A stretch of 64,000 bases of DNA from Marispirochaeta sp. (GCA_963676835.2 CAXXFF010000002.1:1664001-1728000); one strand, 5' to 3'. Positions 20,573 through 30,106 are shown, counted from the stretch's first letter. Program-made: numbers and translations. Notes: generated from the letters alone by a model not told the origin.

Positions 20573-21535
20573 TTACTGTTCCCTGGGCTCAACAGATCCG
20601 ATAACAAAGGCTTCTGTGTTTTCCCTGCGGCATAGTTCCAAAAGCGATTCTTTTTCTGCTTCAGGAACAATCAGGGCCATGCCTATACCCATATTGAATA
20701 CCCGGTACATCTCTTCTGTATCAACCCCGCCTTTATCCTGAATAGCTGCAAAGATGGCAGGTACTTCCCAGTCTCTTGTCAGAACCGGTTTCAGCTTATC
20801 CGGAAGCACCCGGCTTATATTGCCTTCAAGTCCGCCTCCGGTAATATGGGCAGCACCGAGGATGAGGCCCGCGTCAATAATGGGGGAGAGTTCTTTTATG
20901 TAGATTTTAGTGGGGACAAGAAGCTCTCTGAACAGCTCGGTATCTGTTTCGGATATGGCTTTCCGCGCCAGGGAGAGACCGTTTGAATGGATGCCTGATG
21001 AAGGGAGACCTACGATCACATCTCCTGCCTGCATTTTGTCTTTTACGGGAAGCATCCGGCTTTTTTCAACCATGCCTACCGCAAACCCTGCAAGGTCAAA
21101 TTCATCCTTTGCATAAAGGTCGGGCATTTCAGCAGTTTCGCCTCCAGCCAGACGGCACTCGGCCTGCTCGCAGCCTTCTATTACACCCCGTACCAGGGGG
21201 TGAAGAATATCGTCATTAAGTCCCCCGACGGCAATATAGTCCAGAAAGAGCATGGGGCGGGCACCGCAGACAATAAGGTCGTTAACGCTCATGGCAACCA
21301 GGTCGATGCCGACGGTATCGTAGATGCCGAGCTTCTGGGCAACCAGCAGTTTGGTGCCTACTCCGTCGGTGCAGGAGAGGAGTACCGGCTGCTTGTAGCC
21401 GCTCATATCCAGTTCCATGCCTCCTGCAAACCCGCCGATACCGGGCCCCAGGGCCGGCGACTTTATTGAAGCGATAAATTGTGCAAAGCGGTCGCCGCCT
21501 TCAATATCTACACCTGCGTCTTTATAGGTACTCAT
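20573..21535 (-). CDS. purM: AIR synthetase
   Basis: YKDAGVDI, DGVGTK, GGETAEMP and HITGGG motifs; start placed after the CAGGAG RBS. Confidence 0.97.
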   Translation of the reverse strand: MSTYKDAGVDIEGGDRFAQFIASIKSPALGPGIGGFAGGMELDMSGYKQPVLLSCTDGVGTKLLVAQKLGIYDTVGIDLVAMSVNDLIVCGARPMLFLDYIAVGGLNDDILHPLVRGVIEGCEQAECRLAGGETAEMPDLYAKDEFDLAGFAVGMVEKSRMLPVKDKMQAGDVIVGLPSSGIHSNGLSLARKAISETDTELFRELLVPTKIYIKELSPIIDAGLILGAAHITGGGLEGNISRVLPDKLKPVLTRDWEVPAIFAAIQDKGGVDTEEMYRVFNMGIGMALIVPEAEKESLLELCRRENTEAFVIGSVEPREQ

Positions 21536-21566
21536 CTGTAACTCCTGTTCAGTATTAGCGAAATTA

Positions 21567-22979
21567 TCAGCTGCACGAACTTGCCCCGCTGACTTCAAGG
21601 GGGTATTCACCTGAGAAACAGGCGTAGCAGTAGCCGTCTCCGTCTTTCAGGCAGTCGTGAAGACGCTTGCGGGAGAGGAATCGGACTGAATCCGCGTTAA
21701 TATGGGCTGCAATTTCTTCCGGACTTTTACTGTTTGAAATCAACTCTTCCCTGGTGGGGATATCTATCCCGTAATAGCAGGGAAATTTTATTTCCGGTGA
21801 TGATAAGCGGAGGTGAACCTCTGCCGCACCGGCTTCCCGCATAAGCTGGATGAGGATCCGACTGGTGGTACCTCTGACCAGGGAGTCATCAATGAGAATG
21901 ACCTTTTTGCCCCGGACGGCCTCCCTTACGGGGTGCAGCTTCATGCGTACGGCGAGTTCACGCATGGAGGTTGTTGGCATGATGAAGGAGCGTCCGGCAT
22001 AGTGGTTTCTTGTAAGGCCCTGCTCAAAGGGGAGTCCGGATTGCTCCGCATATCCAAGGGCTGCGCTGTTGCCGGAATCCGGGACAGGAATAACCATATC
22101 CCCTTCCACGGTTTCATCCAGAGCAAGAGCTGCCCCCATTGCTTTGCGCTTTAAGTGTACAGACTCGTCGAATACCATAGAATCCGGACGGGCGAAGTAG
22201 ATGAGTTCAAAGACACAGCGTTTAAGGGGTGCTGCAGGGGCGGCAAACTGCTCGCTTTTCAGCCCTTTATTATTGATCCAGATCATTTCGCCGGGTTTTA
22301 CCTCGCGAAACTCTCTGATCTTTAAAATATCCAGGGCACATGTCTCTGACGCAACCACTGTTGTGTCTCCGGAAAAGCCTATGTAAAGAGGCCTGAATCC
22401 CCAGGGGTCCCGGAATGCTACAAGGGTGTCCTCGTGGATCATGACAATACTGAAAGCACCTTCCAGTCTGGAGACAGATTCCTTCAGGGCTGAAGGGAAG
22501 TCGGGCTGCCGGGACCTTGCTATCATGTGCAGAATAAGCTCAGTGTCCGAGGAGCTTTGAAAAATCTGGCCCCCTTCGTAGAGCTCATCGTTAATGCATG
22601 AGGCATTGGAAATGTTGCCGTTATGGGCAATGGCGATGGACCCTTTATTGCAGCTTGCAGTAAAGGGCTGGGCGTTTTCAATCCTGTTGCCCCCTCTGGT
22701 CGAATAGCGGACATGTCCGATGCCGACAGTGGAAGGGTGGGGCTTTCTCAGGTACCGTTCAAGTACGCTCGATACCATACCAAGGTCCTTATAGGTGACT
22801 ATTCGGCCGGTACCGTCTTCGGGAGTCTCTTTTCTGTATGATATTCCAGCACTTTCCTGTCCTCTGTGCTGAAGGGAGAAAAGTCCATAGAATAATTTTT
22901 CCGGAATATTATCGGGGTTTGCGCTGTGGATACCCACAACCCCGCAATAATGTCTGGGGGAGTCGCTAGCTGGTTCCAT
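21567..22979 (-). CDS. purF: Amidophosphoribosyltransferase (propeptide / Fe-S type)
   Basis: Short propeptide then CGVVG, QHRGQESAG and DDSLVRGTT; Fe-S cysteines in CVFE, PCYYG and CYACF. Confidence 0.96.
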   Translation of the reverse strand: MEPASDSPRHYCGVVGIHSANPDNIPEKLFYGLFSLQHRGQESAGISYRKETPEDGTGRIVTYKDLGMVSSVLERYLRKPHPSTVGIGHVRYSTRGGNRIENAQPFTASCNKGSIAIAHNGNISNASCINDELYEGGQIFQSSSDTELILHMIARSRQPDFPSALKESVSRLEGAFSIVMIHEDTLVAFRDPWGFRPLYIGFSGDTTVVASETCALDILKIREFREVKPGEMIWINNKGLKSEQFAAPAAPLKRCVFELIYFARPDSMVFDESVHLKRKAMGAALALDETVEGDMVIPVPDSGNSAALGYAEQSGLPFEQGLTRNHYAGRSFIMPTTSMRELAVRMKLHPVREAVRGKKVILIDDSLVRGTTSRILIQLMREAGAAEVHLRLSSPEIKFPCYYGIDIPTREELISNSKSPEEIAAHINADSVRFLSRKRLHDCLKDGDGYCYACFSGEYPLEVSGASSCS

Positions 22980-23031
22980 TGAGAAGATATACCACCCTTT
23001 AAGCTCTCTGGTCAACATGCTCAATATCCGC

Positions 23032-23065
23032 AAAAAGAAAAGACCCCGGTTGAGGGGTCTTTTCT
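23032..23065 (-). terminator. Intrinsic terminator downstream of the dehydratase gene
   Basis: AGAAAAGACCCC-N6-GGGGTCTTTTCT with a T-run on the minus strand. Confidence 0.7.
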
Positions 23066-23097
23066 GGCTGAATACTGTGGTGAGGTTTTTTGTAAAA

Positions 23098-23253
23098 GGG
23101 CAGCTCTAAAAACTACTCTTTTCTCCATGTCCTGCGTCGTCAAGATTTCCCGCGGTCCTCCCCTGCACCAAAACAATTTTGGTGCAGGGTGCGGGCGCTA
23201 CAAAATCTCTCCTCCTTGGCTATGGCAAAAATACCACGTTTTTAGAGGTGTCC
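23098..23253. mobile_element. 156-bp MITE/REP-like element
   Basis: Terminal inverted repeats GGGCAGCTCTAAAAAC / GTTTTTAGAGGTGTCC (14/16 match), and a central perfect 13-bp hairpin CCCTGCACCAAAA-caa-TTTTGGTGCAGGG (23161-23189). Confidence 0.65.
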
Positions 23254-23258
23254 AGAAA

Positions 23259-24392
23259 TTATTTAATAAGGGTAGAATCCAGTGTATATCTGCGGGCTTC
23301 TTCGCTTAAGGTGAATCCCAGTCCGTTTCCGGAGGGCAGGTACATGCGGCCGTCCTTGATTTCCAGCCTCTCGTTGAACAGGGGTTCAAGCCACTCAAAA
23401 TGTTCAACCCAGGGTTCTGAGGGATAGCATGCGCTGGTGTGAATGTGGATTTCCATCACGAAGTGAGGGGCCATGCCGAGACCTTCCTGGGCTGCCTGGC
23501 TTGCCAGTTCCAGGTAAGGGGTAATGCCGCCGATTCTCGGCACATCGGGCTGCAGAATGTCAATTGAATGGTGCTCAATCAGTTTTTTATGCTCTGTTAC
23601 ACTGGAAAGCATCTCCCCTGTAGCAATAGGCGTATCCAGTTCGGCTGCGAGCATTGCATGACCTTCGGCATCATAGGTGTTAAGAGGTTCCTCTATCCAT
23701 ACCAGGTTAAACTCTTCCACGCTGCGGCCGAAACGCATGGCGGTAATTCTGTCCCACTGTTGATTGGCGTCAATCATAATGGGGACGTCATCTCCCAGGG
23801 CCTTCCTCAGGGCTTTTACCCTCTGAAAGTCCTTCTGAAAGTCAGGCTGCCCGACTTTCATTTTAACCCCTCGGATTCCCCGTGCCAGCGACGCCTGAGC
23901 CTTTTCTATGACTTCTTCGATGGAAGCCTGAAGATAGCCTCCGGAAGTGTTGTAGCATGGGACAGAATCCCGGTAGGATCCCATCAGTTTGGACAGGGGA
24001 AGATTGGCTCGTTTCGCTTTCAGGTCCCACAGTGCTGTGTCTATAGCGGCAATGGCCTGAACAGCAATACCGCTTCTGCCTACGGAGGCACCTGCCCACA
24101 TGAGCTTGTCCCAGATCTTTGCAATATCACTGGGATCATCTCCGATAATTAGGGAGGCAATCTCTTTGGCGTGTGCATACTGGCCGTCTCCGCCTACACG
24201 CAGAGAGTAGCTGAATCCCATTCCGGAAAATCCCTGTTCTGTCTCAATTTCCGCAAACAGCAGAGAAACGTCTTTCAGGGGTTTCTGCCGGCCTGTAAGA
24301 ACTTTTGCATCGCTTACGGGAATTTTAAGGGGGAGCAGGGCTGTGGAAAGCTTAATTGAACGTATAGAGTCGCTTTGGGTTATTCGGTTCAT
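23259..24392 (-). CDS. Enolase-superfamily acid-sugar dehydratase, L-talarate/galactarate dehydratase-like
   Basis: SDAKVLTGRQKP, KMK, DANQQW, EEP, GEM, HFVMEIH and WVEHFEWLEPLF motifs. Confidence 0.85.
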   Translation of the reverse strand: MNRITQSDSIRSIKLSTALLPLKIPVSDAKVLTGRQKPLKDVSLLFAEIETEQGFSGMGFSYSLRVGGDGQYAHAKEIASLIIGDDPSDIAKIWDKLMWAGASVGRSGIAVQAIAAIDTALWDLKAKRANLPLSKLMGSYRDSVPCYNTSGGYLQASIEEVIEKAQASLARGIRGVKMKVGQPDFQKDFQRVKALRKALGDDVPIMIDANQQWDRITAMRFGRSVEEFNLVWIEEPLNTYDAEGHAMLAAELDTPIATGEMLSSVTEHKKLIEHHSIDILQPDVPRIGGITPYLELASQAAQEGLGMAPHFVMEIHIHTSACYPSEPWVEHFEWLEPLFNERLEIKDGRMYLPSGNGLGFTLSEEARRYTLDSTLIK

Positions 24393-24492
24393 TGGTATCT
24401 CCTGATGTTACTCTGTATTTTAATAATGTATGCAAAATATGCTATGGAATATTCAGCAAATATTTGTACTATAAACACAAAAAATCATAAAA

Positions 24493-25497
24493 TTATTCAG
24501 AGATTGAGGAGCTCAGTTCCTGCAGAAAGGTATTGAAATATTTCCGGTATTCTTCGGCGCTTTCACAATGGACAAGATTGTTGCGGAAGGCGGCAGAGCC
24601 GGGAATCCCCTTTGAGTAGGCGCACAGCTGCTTTTTCATCTCTTTAATGGCTGTACGTTCCGGTTTGGTTTCCAGTACCCGTTCAAGATGTGTCAGGGCG
24701 GTGCGTATCCGTTCTTCCGCTGTTGGCGAGGGCAGGTGGTTTCCAGCTCCCAGGAGTGAACGGATTTCCCTGAAGAGAAAAGGATTGCCGATACCGCCGC
24801 GGGCGATCATGATTCCGTCACAGCCTGTCTGTTCTAGCATTCGCTGTGCGTCATCAGCGCGGAATATGTCGCCATTGCCGATTACGGGAATATCAAGCTT
24901 CTGTTTCAGCTCGGCAATCTTGTCCCAGTCGGCACTGCCTCCGTAGGCCTGGCTCCTGGTTCTGCCGTGCATGGTTATGCATACCGCTCCCGCATCCTGT
25001 GCGCGAAGTCCGGCTTCGATGAATGTATAGGAGTTGTGGTCCCATCCGGTGCGGATTTTTACACTCACCGGAATATCCGTTGCCTTCCGTACTGCTGCTA
25101 CAAGTCTGCCTATTTTCTCAGGATCTTTCATCAGTGCCGCTCCGGCACCGTTTTTTATCACCTTGGGTACGGGACAGCCGCAGTTGATATCAATAACCGC
25201 AGGTTTCCAACGGGCAAGGATTGCGGCTGCCGGACCTGCCGCTTCTTCCGAGGATGTGAAAATCTGGATTCCGTAGATATCTTCATTCTCTCCCCGCTCC
25301 AGAAGGTCGAAGGTTTTACTGTTGTCCCTTACCAGGGCTTCGCATGAGACCATTTCTGTGTAGCAGAGCGAGGCTCCGAAGGAGCGGGCAAGTTCGCGAA
25401 AGGCTTTATCTGTGTACCCCGCCAGGGGGGCACACAGAATGTTTCCGTCAGTAGTTATGGAGCCGAAGGTAAGGGGGTGAAAAAGGGGAGAGGCCAC
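24493..25497 (-). CDS. dusB: tRNA-dihydrouridine synthase
   Basis: DINCGCPVPKV, HGRT and NGDI motifs. Confidence 0.9.
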   Translation of the reverse strand: MASPLFHPLTFGSITTDGNILCAPLAGYTDKAFRELARSFGASLCYTEMVSCEALVRDNSKTFDLLERGENEDIYGIQIFTSSEEAAGPAAAILARWKPAVIDINCGCPVPKVIKNGAGAALMKDPEKIGRLVAAVRKATDIPVSVKIRTGWDHNSYTFIEAGLRAQDAGAVCITMHGRTRSQAYGGSADWDKIAELKQKLDIPVIGNGDIFRADDAQRMLEQTGCDGIMIARGGIGNPFLFREIRSLLGAGNHLPSPTAEERIRTALTHLERVLETKPERTAIKEMKKQLCAYSKGIPGSAAFRNNLVHCESAEEYRKYFNTFLQELSSSISE

Positions 25498-25509
25498 GCC
25501 TGGGGTTTT

Positions 25510-26283
25510 CTACTCCTGAATACCGAAAAAGCGGCAGGCGTTATCGTAAAGAATATCCGACATCTCTTCTTTATCTATACCCCGGAGTTCTGCAAGAAAT
25601 TCTGCAGTGGAGCCGATGTATGAAGGTCTGTTACGTTTTCCCCGGTAGGCTGCGGGCACCATGAAGGGGCTTTCCGACTCGATGAGCATCCGGTCCAGGG
25701 GCATGTTGAGGGCTGTCTCATGCAGGTTTTTTGCGTTTCTATAGGTGACATTGCCGGCAAAGGAGATGTAGAGATTCAGCTCCAGAGCCTTCTGGGCATA
25801 CTGCCAGTCTTCGGAATAGCAATGGAGAACTCCGCCTTTGTCCGGAAGTTTTTCCCTGAGAATTTCAAGAACATCCTGACCAGCTTCCCTGTTATGAATA
25901 ATCACCGGAAAATCAAGCTTTGATGCAATCTCCAGCTGCCGGATAAACAGCTCTATCTGACTGTCCCGGTTGCCGAATTTACGGAAATAATCGAGTCCAA
26001 TCTCACCAATAGCCACAATTCGTTCAAAAGCGGCGCCTTCGATAACTTTTCTTTCCCATTCTTTGCCGGGATGCGCAACTTCTGAGGGGGAAACGCCGAT
26101 ACTGTGATATATATGGTTAGCAGTTTTCAGGTTTTCATATACCTGAAAAAAATCCTGCAGATTATTGCAGATGGAGACAATATGCTGAACCCCGGCCTGT
26201 TTGGCCTCGGAAACAATTATAAGCTGATCAATGGGGTCCTCATTGATAAGCCCTATATGAGCGTGAGTGTCAAAAAACTTCAT
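25510..26283 (-). CDS. tatD: TatD-family nuclease
   Basis: FDTHAH, GEIGLDY, IHNREA and LHCYS motifs; start trimmed to MKFFDTH. Confidence 0.9.
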   Translation of the reverse strand: MKFFDTHAHIGLINEDPIDQLIIVSEAKQAGVQHIVSICNNLQDFFQVYENLKTANHIYHSIGVSPSEVAHPGKEWERKVIEGAAFERIVAIGEIGLDYFRKFGNRDSQIELFIRQLEIASKLDFPVIIHNREAGQDVLEILREKLPDKGGVLHCYSEDWQYAQKALELNLYISFAGNVTYRNAKNLHETALNMPLDRMLIESESPFMVPAAYRGKRNRPSYIGSTAEFLAELRGIDKEEMSDILYDNACRFFGIQE

Positions 26284-26334
26284 GTTGGCATCCAGTGTGT
26301 GAGGATTACGCGGACTCGTGGCGTATACAAGGCC

Positions 26335-26363
26335 AAAATACCACGAAGTCCTGTTGTCGTCAA
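26335..26363 (-). promoter_or_regulatory. Sigma70-like promoter for tatD-dusB
   Basis: TTGACG-N17-TATTTT with an extended TG. Confidence 0.55.
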
Positions 26364-26370
26364 TAATTAT

Positions 26371-26399
26371 TTGACAAAGTTTTGCCAACATGGTAGTCT
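26371..26399 (+). promoter_or_regulatory. Sigma70-like promoter for the M23 peptidase gene
   Basis: TTGACA-N17-TAGTCT with an extended TG. Confidence 0.6.
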
Positions 26400-26443
26400 T
26401 TCACCGTTCCGGGCTTTTGACTGCAGTCCCCGAGGAGTAGGTT

Positions 26444-27451
26444 GTGTCCCCCGCTAACCAGTATAAAAAGGTAGAGAATAAAGTATTTCTCACCGTTGGC
26501 AGACTGTTCTTCAGGCTTTTTTCCTCCATCGGCAACTTCTTCAGCCGGCTTATAGCCCTCGGACGCCAGCGATTCACGGTTATGTTTATTCCCCATTCAG
26601 AAAAGAAGATCTTCAATTTCAAGATCTCTGTTTTTGCAATGGTTTTCTTTGCTGTTCTTCTCTCGGGAGTTGTCTCCTTTTTCTTCTTTTACGGAACTCA
26701 TTTTTCCGGTATCTCCTCCCTGCTGCAGAACCGCTCTGCTTCTCTGGAAAATACCCAGGCAAACCTTGAACTGATCCGTGATGAGATCACAACCCTGAAA
26801 AAGTCTTCCCGTGTTTTTGAAACATCCCTCAATGAAGCTCTTTCCACGTTGGGACTTCAGGAGAGAACTTCTCCCCAGCCCAGTGCCGAGGGTGACCTTT
26901 CCAGCTTCCTCGGTATGGAGGAGCAGCAGGAAGGGGTAATGCGGGAGTTGAGTGATCTCCAGAGTATGGGAGCCCTCTTTCTTGATTCCTCGAAATCACT
27001 GGAGAGTATATCAAAGCTGCTTTCAGCCCAGGGCGACCTTCTGTATGATCTTCCCTCCATCTGGCCCGTTGAAGGCGGTATTGGTCGCATAACCAACCAT
27101 TTCGGTCCTGCAGAGCATCCCTTTACCCATCAGTGGTATCTGCATAAAGGGATTGATATTGCATACGGCTATGGTATCCCGATTATTGCCTCTGCCAATG
27201 GAAAGATCGTAGAACGAAAATATGAGCCCCTTGGATTTGGTAATTACGTCCTTATCCGGCATAAGTACGGGTTCTATACCAAATATGCCCATATGGGCCG
27301 GGTTTTTGTCCGCGAGGGTGATACGGTAACCCAGGGACAGAAGCTCGGAACTATGGATTCAACAGGACTCTCAACCGGTCCTCATCTGCATTATGAAGTC
27401 CGTATCGGATCTCAGGTTGTAGATCCTGCCCGCTTCCTTAATATTAAATAG
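26444..27451 (+). CDS. Membrane-anchored M23 (LytM) peptidoglycan peptidase
   Basis: TM, coiled coil, and HKGIDI, YAHM and STGPHLHYEV motifs. Confidence 0.92.
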   Translation: MSPANQYKKVENKVFLTVGRLFFRLFSSIGNFFSRLIALGRQRFTVMFIPHSEKKIFNFKISVFAMVFFAVLLSGVVSFFFFYGTHFSGISSLLQNRSASLENTQANLELIRDEITTLKKSSRVFETSLNEALSTLGLQERTSPQPSAEGDLSSFLGMEEQQEGVMRELSDLQSMGALFLDSSKSLESISKLLSAQGDLLYDLPSIWPVEGGIGRITNHFGPAEHPFTHQWYLHKGIDIAYGYGIPIIASANGKIVERKYEPLGFGNYVLIRHKYGFYTKYAHMGRVFVREGDTVTQGQKLGTMDSTGLSTGPHLHYEVRIGSQVVDPARFLNIK

Positions 27452-27568
27452 CAGAAACAGAAAATACCTTCTTCTCTTTTTGTCTCTTTGTATAACTCTC
27501 CTTGATAAATTCCAGTACAGCGGGTAGTATTATGTACGATTTCCTAAAAAGAGACGGTTTTTATTAAG

Positions 27569-27973
27569 ATGAGCGATGTAATCGGTGCCGACGGCGCTTT
27601 TATTAATTCATTTATTGGAGAGGGGACCCGCTTTGAAGGCAACATAGAGTTGTCCGGTCTTCTAAGAATCGACGGAGACTACCAGGGATCTGTCCGTACG
27701 GAAGGCAAGGTTCTGGTGGGCAAGAGCGGCCGGGTAGAAGGCATGATCAGTGCCCGTACGGTTGTAATCGGCGGTGCAGTAAAGGGTGATATCCAGTGCA
27801 GTGAGAAGGTTGTTATTCTTTCCAGCGGCCTTGTACTGGGAAATATCCGTTCCCCGAAGATGATTGTGGAATCCGGGGTTATCTTTCATGGAGAGTGTAC
27901 TGTCGCCGGAGACAGCGAGGATCTTGAAAATATCACCGACGATGCCAGGGCATACCAGCCTTTTGGGGCCTGA
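27569..27973 (+). CDS. Bactofilin
   Basis: IGEGTRFEGNI...LRIDG...V.G.I beta-helix repeats. A candidate promoter TTGATA-N17-TAGTAT lies at 27502-27530. Confidence 0.9.
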   Translation: MSDVIGADGAFINSFIGEGTRFEGNIELSGLLRIDGDYQGSVRTEGKVLVGKSGRVEGMISARTVVIGGAVKGDIQCSEKVVILSSGLVLGNIRSPKMIVESGVIFHGECTVAGDSEDLENITDDARAYQPFGA

Positions 27974-28455
27974 TGGACAGAATTGATCCGCTGACAGGGT
28001 CTGCTATTCCATTCAGGCAGGCTGAAAAAAAGCGGGTAGATAAAAAGAAGAAGGTATCCGGCGGTTTTCTGTCTACATTACAGGAAAGCTCCGGTGCCGG
28101 TACTGTCATGCCGGATATGGATCTTACTGAAGCGGATCTTGAAGCGCTTCTGGATGAGATTCACTCTGCGGGAGAAAATCTTGCGGAAGATCCGGGCATG
28201 CGGAACGTAATGCAGTATAAGAAAGCCGTTCAGCGTTTTCTGCACTTTGTTGTGAAGAACAACAGGCAGCTGGAACACCAGGAAGGCGCACGGTTAAGTA
28301 TCTTCAAGCAGCCCAAGCGCTACACCCTGATTGCTGTGGTGGATCGCAAACTTGAACAGCTTGCTGCGGGGGTGCTGCAGAATCAGGCTGATAAACTTGA
28401 AATCCTTAAAAGGGTAGAAGAAATTCAGGGTCTTCTGGTTGATATAGCCGGTTGA
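27973..28455 (+). CDS. YaaR/DUF327-family protein
   Basis: YKKAVQRFL and VEEIQGLLVD motifs; lies upstream of a PSP1 gene, as is usual. Confidence 0.8.
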   Translation: MDRIDPLTGSAIPFRQAEKKRVDKKKKVSGGFLSTLQESSGAGTVMPDMDLTEADLEALLDEIHSAGENLAEDPGMRNVMQYKKAVQRFLHFVVKNNRQLEHQEGARLSIFKQPKRYTLIAVVDRKLEQLAAGVLQNQADKLEILKRVEEIQGLLVDIAG

Positions 28456-28490
28456 GTAACCGGTTATTTCCGGAAGACTGAGGATGTACT

Positions 28491-29357
28491 ATGGATAATA
28501 ATCAGGAAAATCCTGTTGAGACTTGTTGTTACCGGATAAAGATAAAGCATTCAAGCGAAACTCATCATATTGTCTATCCTGCAGCCGAAGCGCTGCAGAG
28601 AGGAGACAATGTGGTGGTTAACTCCCGCTATGGAAAAGACCTTGCTGAGGTTTTAGGGCCTTCCTGCTGTCATGAGGCAAACAGCAAGAATAGTGATGAG
28701 GTTGGCGTTATCAAGAAGGCAGATGAGCAGGACCTTGCCAGATATGAAGCCAATATCGAACGGGAGCGGGAAGCCCTGAGCATATGCCGGGAGAAGGTTG
28801 AAGCCCGCCAGCTGGATATGAAGCTGGTTTCCGCCCATTATCTTGAAGATGAGTCAAAATTGCTCTTTTTCTTTTCTGCTGAAGCCCGGGTTGACTTCCG
28901 CGAACTGGTCAAGGATCTTGTGGCAATCTTCAAGACGCGTATTGAGCTTCGCCAGATTGGTGTGCGTGATGAATCCAGGGTACTCGGCGGTGTTGCTGTA
29001 TGCGGACGAGTGCTCTGCTGTAACGGCATTACGGATAAACTTAATCCGGTATCCATCAAGATGGCTAAAGAGCAGAATCTGAGCCTCAATTCAATGAAAA
29101 TTTCCGGGCCTTGCGGCCGTCTTCTCTGCTGTCTCTCTTATGAGTATGATTTCTACAAAGAAGAGAAGCGGACATTTCCGCCGGAAGGTGCACGACTTCC
29201 CTTCGGCGGCCTCACATACAAGGTTGCAGAGGTGAATGTTCTGTCCAGGATGGTAAAGCTTCATTCCTCTGAAGGCGGGATAACAGATCAGCCTCTGGAT
29301 AATTTTGAAAGGGATCAGGAGTCCCGCCGCTGGCGTATTGTCCGGATGGAAGAGTAG
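28491..29357 (+). CDS. ricT: PSP1/RicT (YaaT)-family Fe-S protein
   Basis: RVDFRELVKDL, RQIGVRDE, CGRVLCC and SGPCGRLLCCL motifs. Confidence 0.88.
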   Translation: MDNNQENPVETCCYRIKIKHSSETHHIVYPAAEALQRGDNVVVNSRYGKDLAEVLGPSCCHEANSKNSDEVGVIKKADEQDLARYEANIEREREALSICREKVEARQLDMKLVSAHYLEDESKLLFFFSAEARVDFRELVKDLVAIFKTRIELRQIGVRDESRVLGGVAVCGRVLCCNGITDKLNPVSIKMAKEQNLSLNSMKISGPCGRLLCCLSYEYDFYKEEKRTFPPEGARLPFGGLTYKVAEVNVLSRMVKLHSSEGGITDQPLDNFERDQESRRWRIVRMEE

Positions 29358-29362
29358 AACTA

Positions 29363-29392
29363 TTGACTCCCTGAGCCAGAGCGTGCTAAATT
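29363..29392 (+). promoter_or_regulatory. Sigma70-like promoter for the small Zn-ribbon ORF
   Basis: TTGACT-N18-TAAATT with an extended TG. Confidence 0.5.
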
Positions 29393-29478
29393 CAGCCACG
29401 ATTTTCACAAACCCGGAAATGGATCACGGCGATACTGAATGTCGTTGTGTAATTATAAATCCGAAAAGGAGTTAAACG

Positions 29479-29649
29479 ATGGCACAGATAAGTAAGAACG
29501 CCCGTGCAGGTTCCGCGACCCAGAAATTTGAGTGCCCCTGCGGCGGCGAAGTAAAAATGAAGTCTATTTTCGCCAATGGACGGCTTAGAAATGTTGCGGA
29601 ATGTGAAAAGTGCAAACGCACTGAAAGACGGCCGCGGGATTTCCGTTAG
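29479..29649 (+). CDS. Small basic 56-aa protein with CxC...CxxC (not in ORF track)
   Basis: MAQISKNARAGSATQKFECPCGGEVKMKSIFANGRLRNVAECEKCKRTERRPRDFR; AGGAG RBS, upstream promoter and downstream hairpin. Confidence 0.8.
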   Translation: MAQISKNARAGSATQKFECPCGGEVKMKSIFANGRLRNVAECEKCKRTERRPRDFR

Positions 29650-29670
29650 AAACATTTTTTTGTGATTGAT

Positions 29671-29700
29671 GAGGCCGCACCTCGTGCGGCCTCTTATTCT
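29671..29700 (+). terminator. Intrinsic terminator
   Basis: GAGGCCGCAC-ctc-GTGCGGCCTC-ttattct. Confidence 0.7.
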
Positions 29701-29701
29701 C

Positions 29702-29730
29702 TTGACAGGAAAGGATTTATCTGGTAGTGT
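29702..29730 (+). promoter_or_regulatory. Sigma70-like promoter of the rpsT operon
   Basis: TTGACA-N17-TAGTGT with an extended TG. Confidence 0.6.
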
Positions 29731-29774
29731 ACCAGTTCAAAGCCAACCTGATTATACCAACATGGGGGTTGTAA

Positions 29775-30053
29775 GTGCCTGGAAAAGGTTCGGCCGCAAA
29801 GCGGCACCGACAGAGCCGGGAACGCCGTATGCGTAACCGTGTTCGAAAAAGCGCCATTCTTACAGCAAGAAAGAGCTTTTTAAGCGCTGTAAAAGAAAAT
29901 GACGCAACTGAAGCAGAAAGCCGCTTTCAGTATGTTACCAAATTGATTGATACCGCTACCGGTAAGGGTGTTTATCACGCGAATACCGCAGCGAGAAAAA
30001 AATCTCGACTCAACAAGATTCTTAAACAGTTGAAGCAAGGAGCCGAGGCTTAA
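29775..30053 (+). CDS. rpsT: 30S ribosomal protein S20
   Basis: SAAKRHRQS and KGVYHANTAARKKSRL motifs. Confidence 0.96.
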   Translation: MPGKGSAAKRHRQSRERRMRNRVRKSAILTARKSFLSAVKENDATEAESRFQYVTKLIDTATGKGVYHANTAARKKSRLNKILKQLKQGAEA

Positions 30054-30106
30054 GCAGCCTCGTCTCCGCTCCCGTATCTGGATCGACGAGAAAGGAGCTT
30101 AAGCAG

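Noticed and set aside
23127..23427. Short plus-strand ORFs across the MITE-like element
   Set aside because: No RBS or transposase motifs; they overlap the dehydratase gene.
29392..29655. 87-aa minus-strand ORF in the track
   Set aside because: It is antisense to the 56-aa plus-strand ORF, which has an RBS, promoter and terminator.
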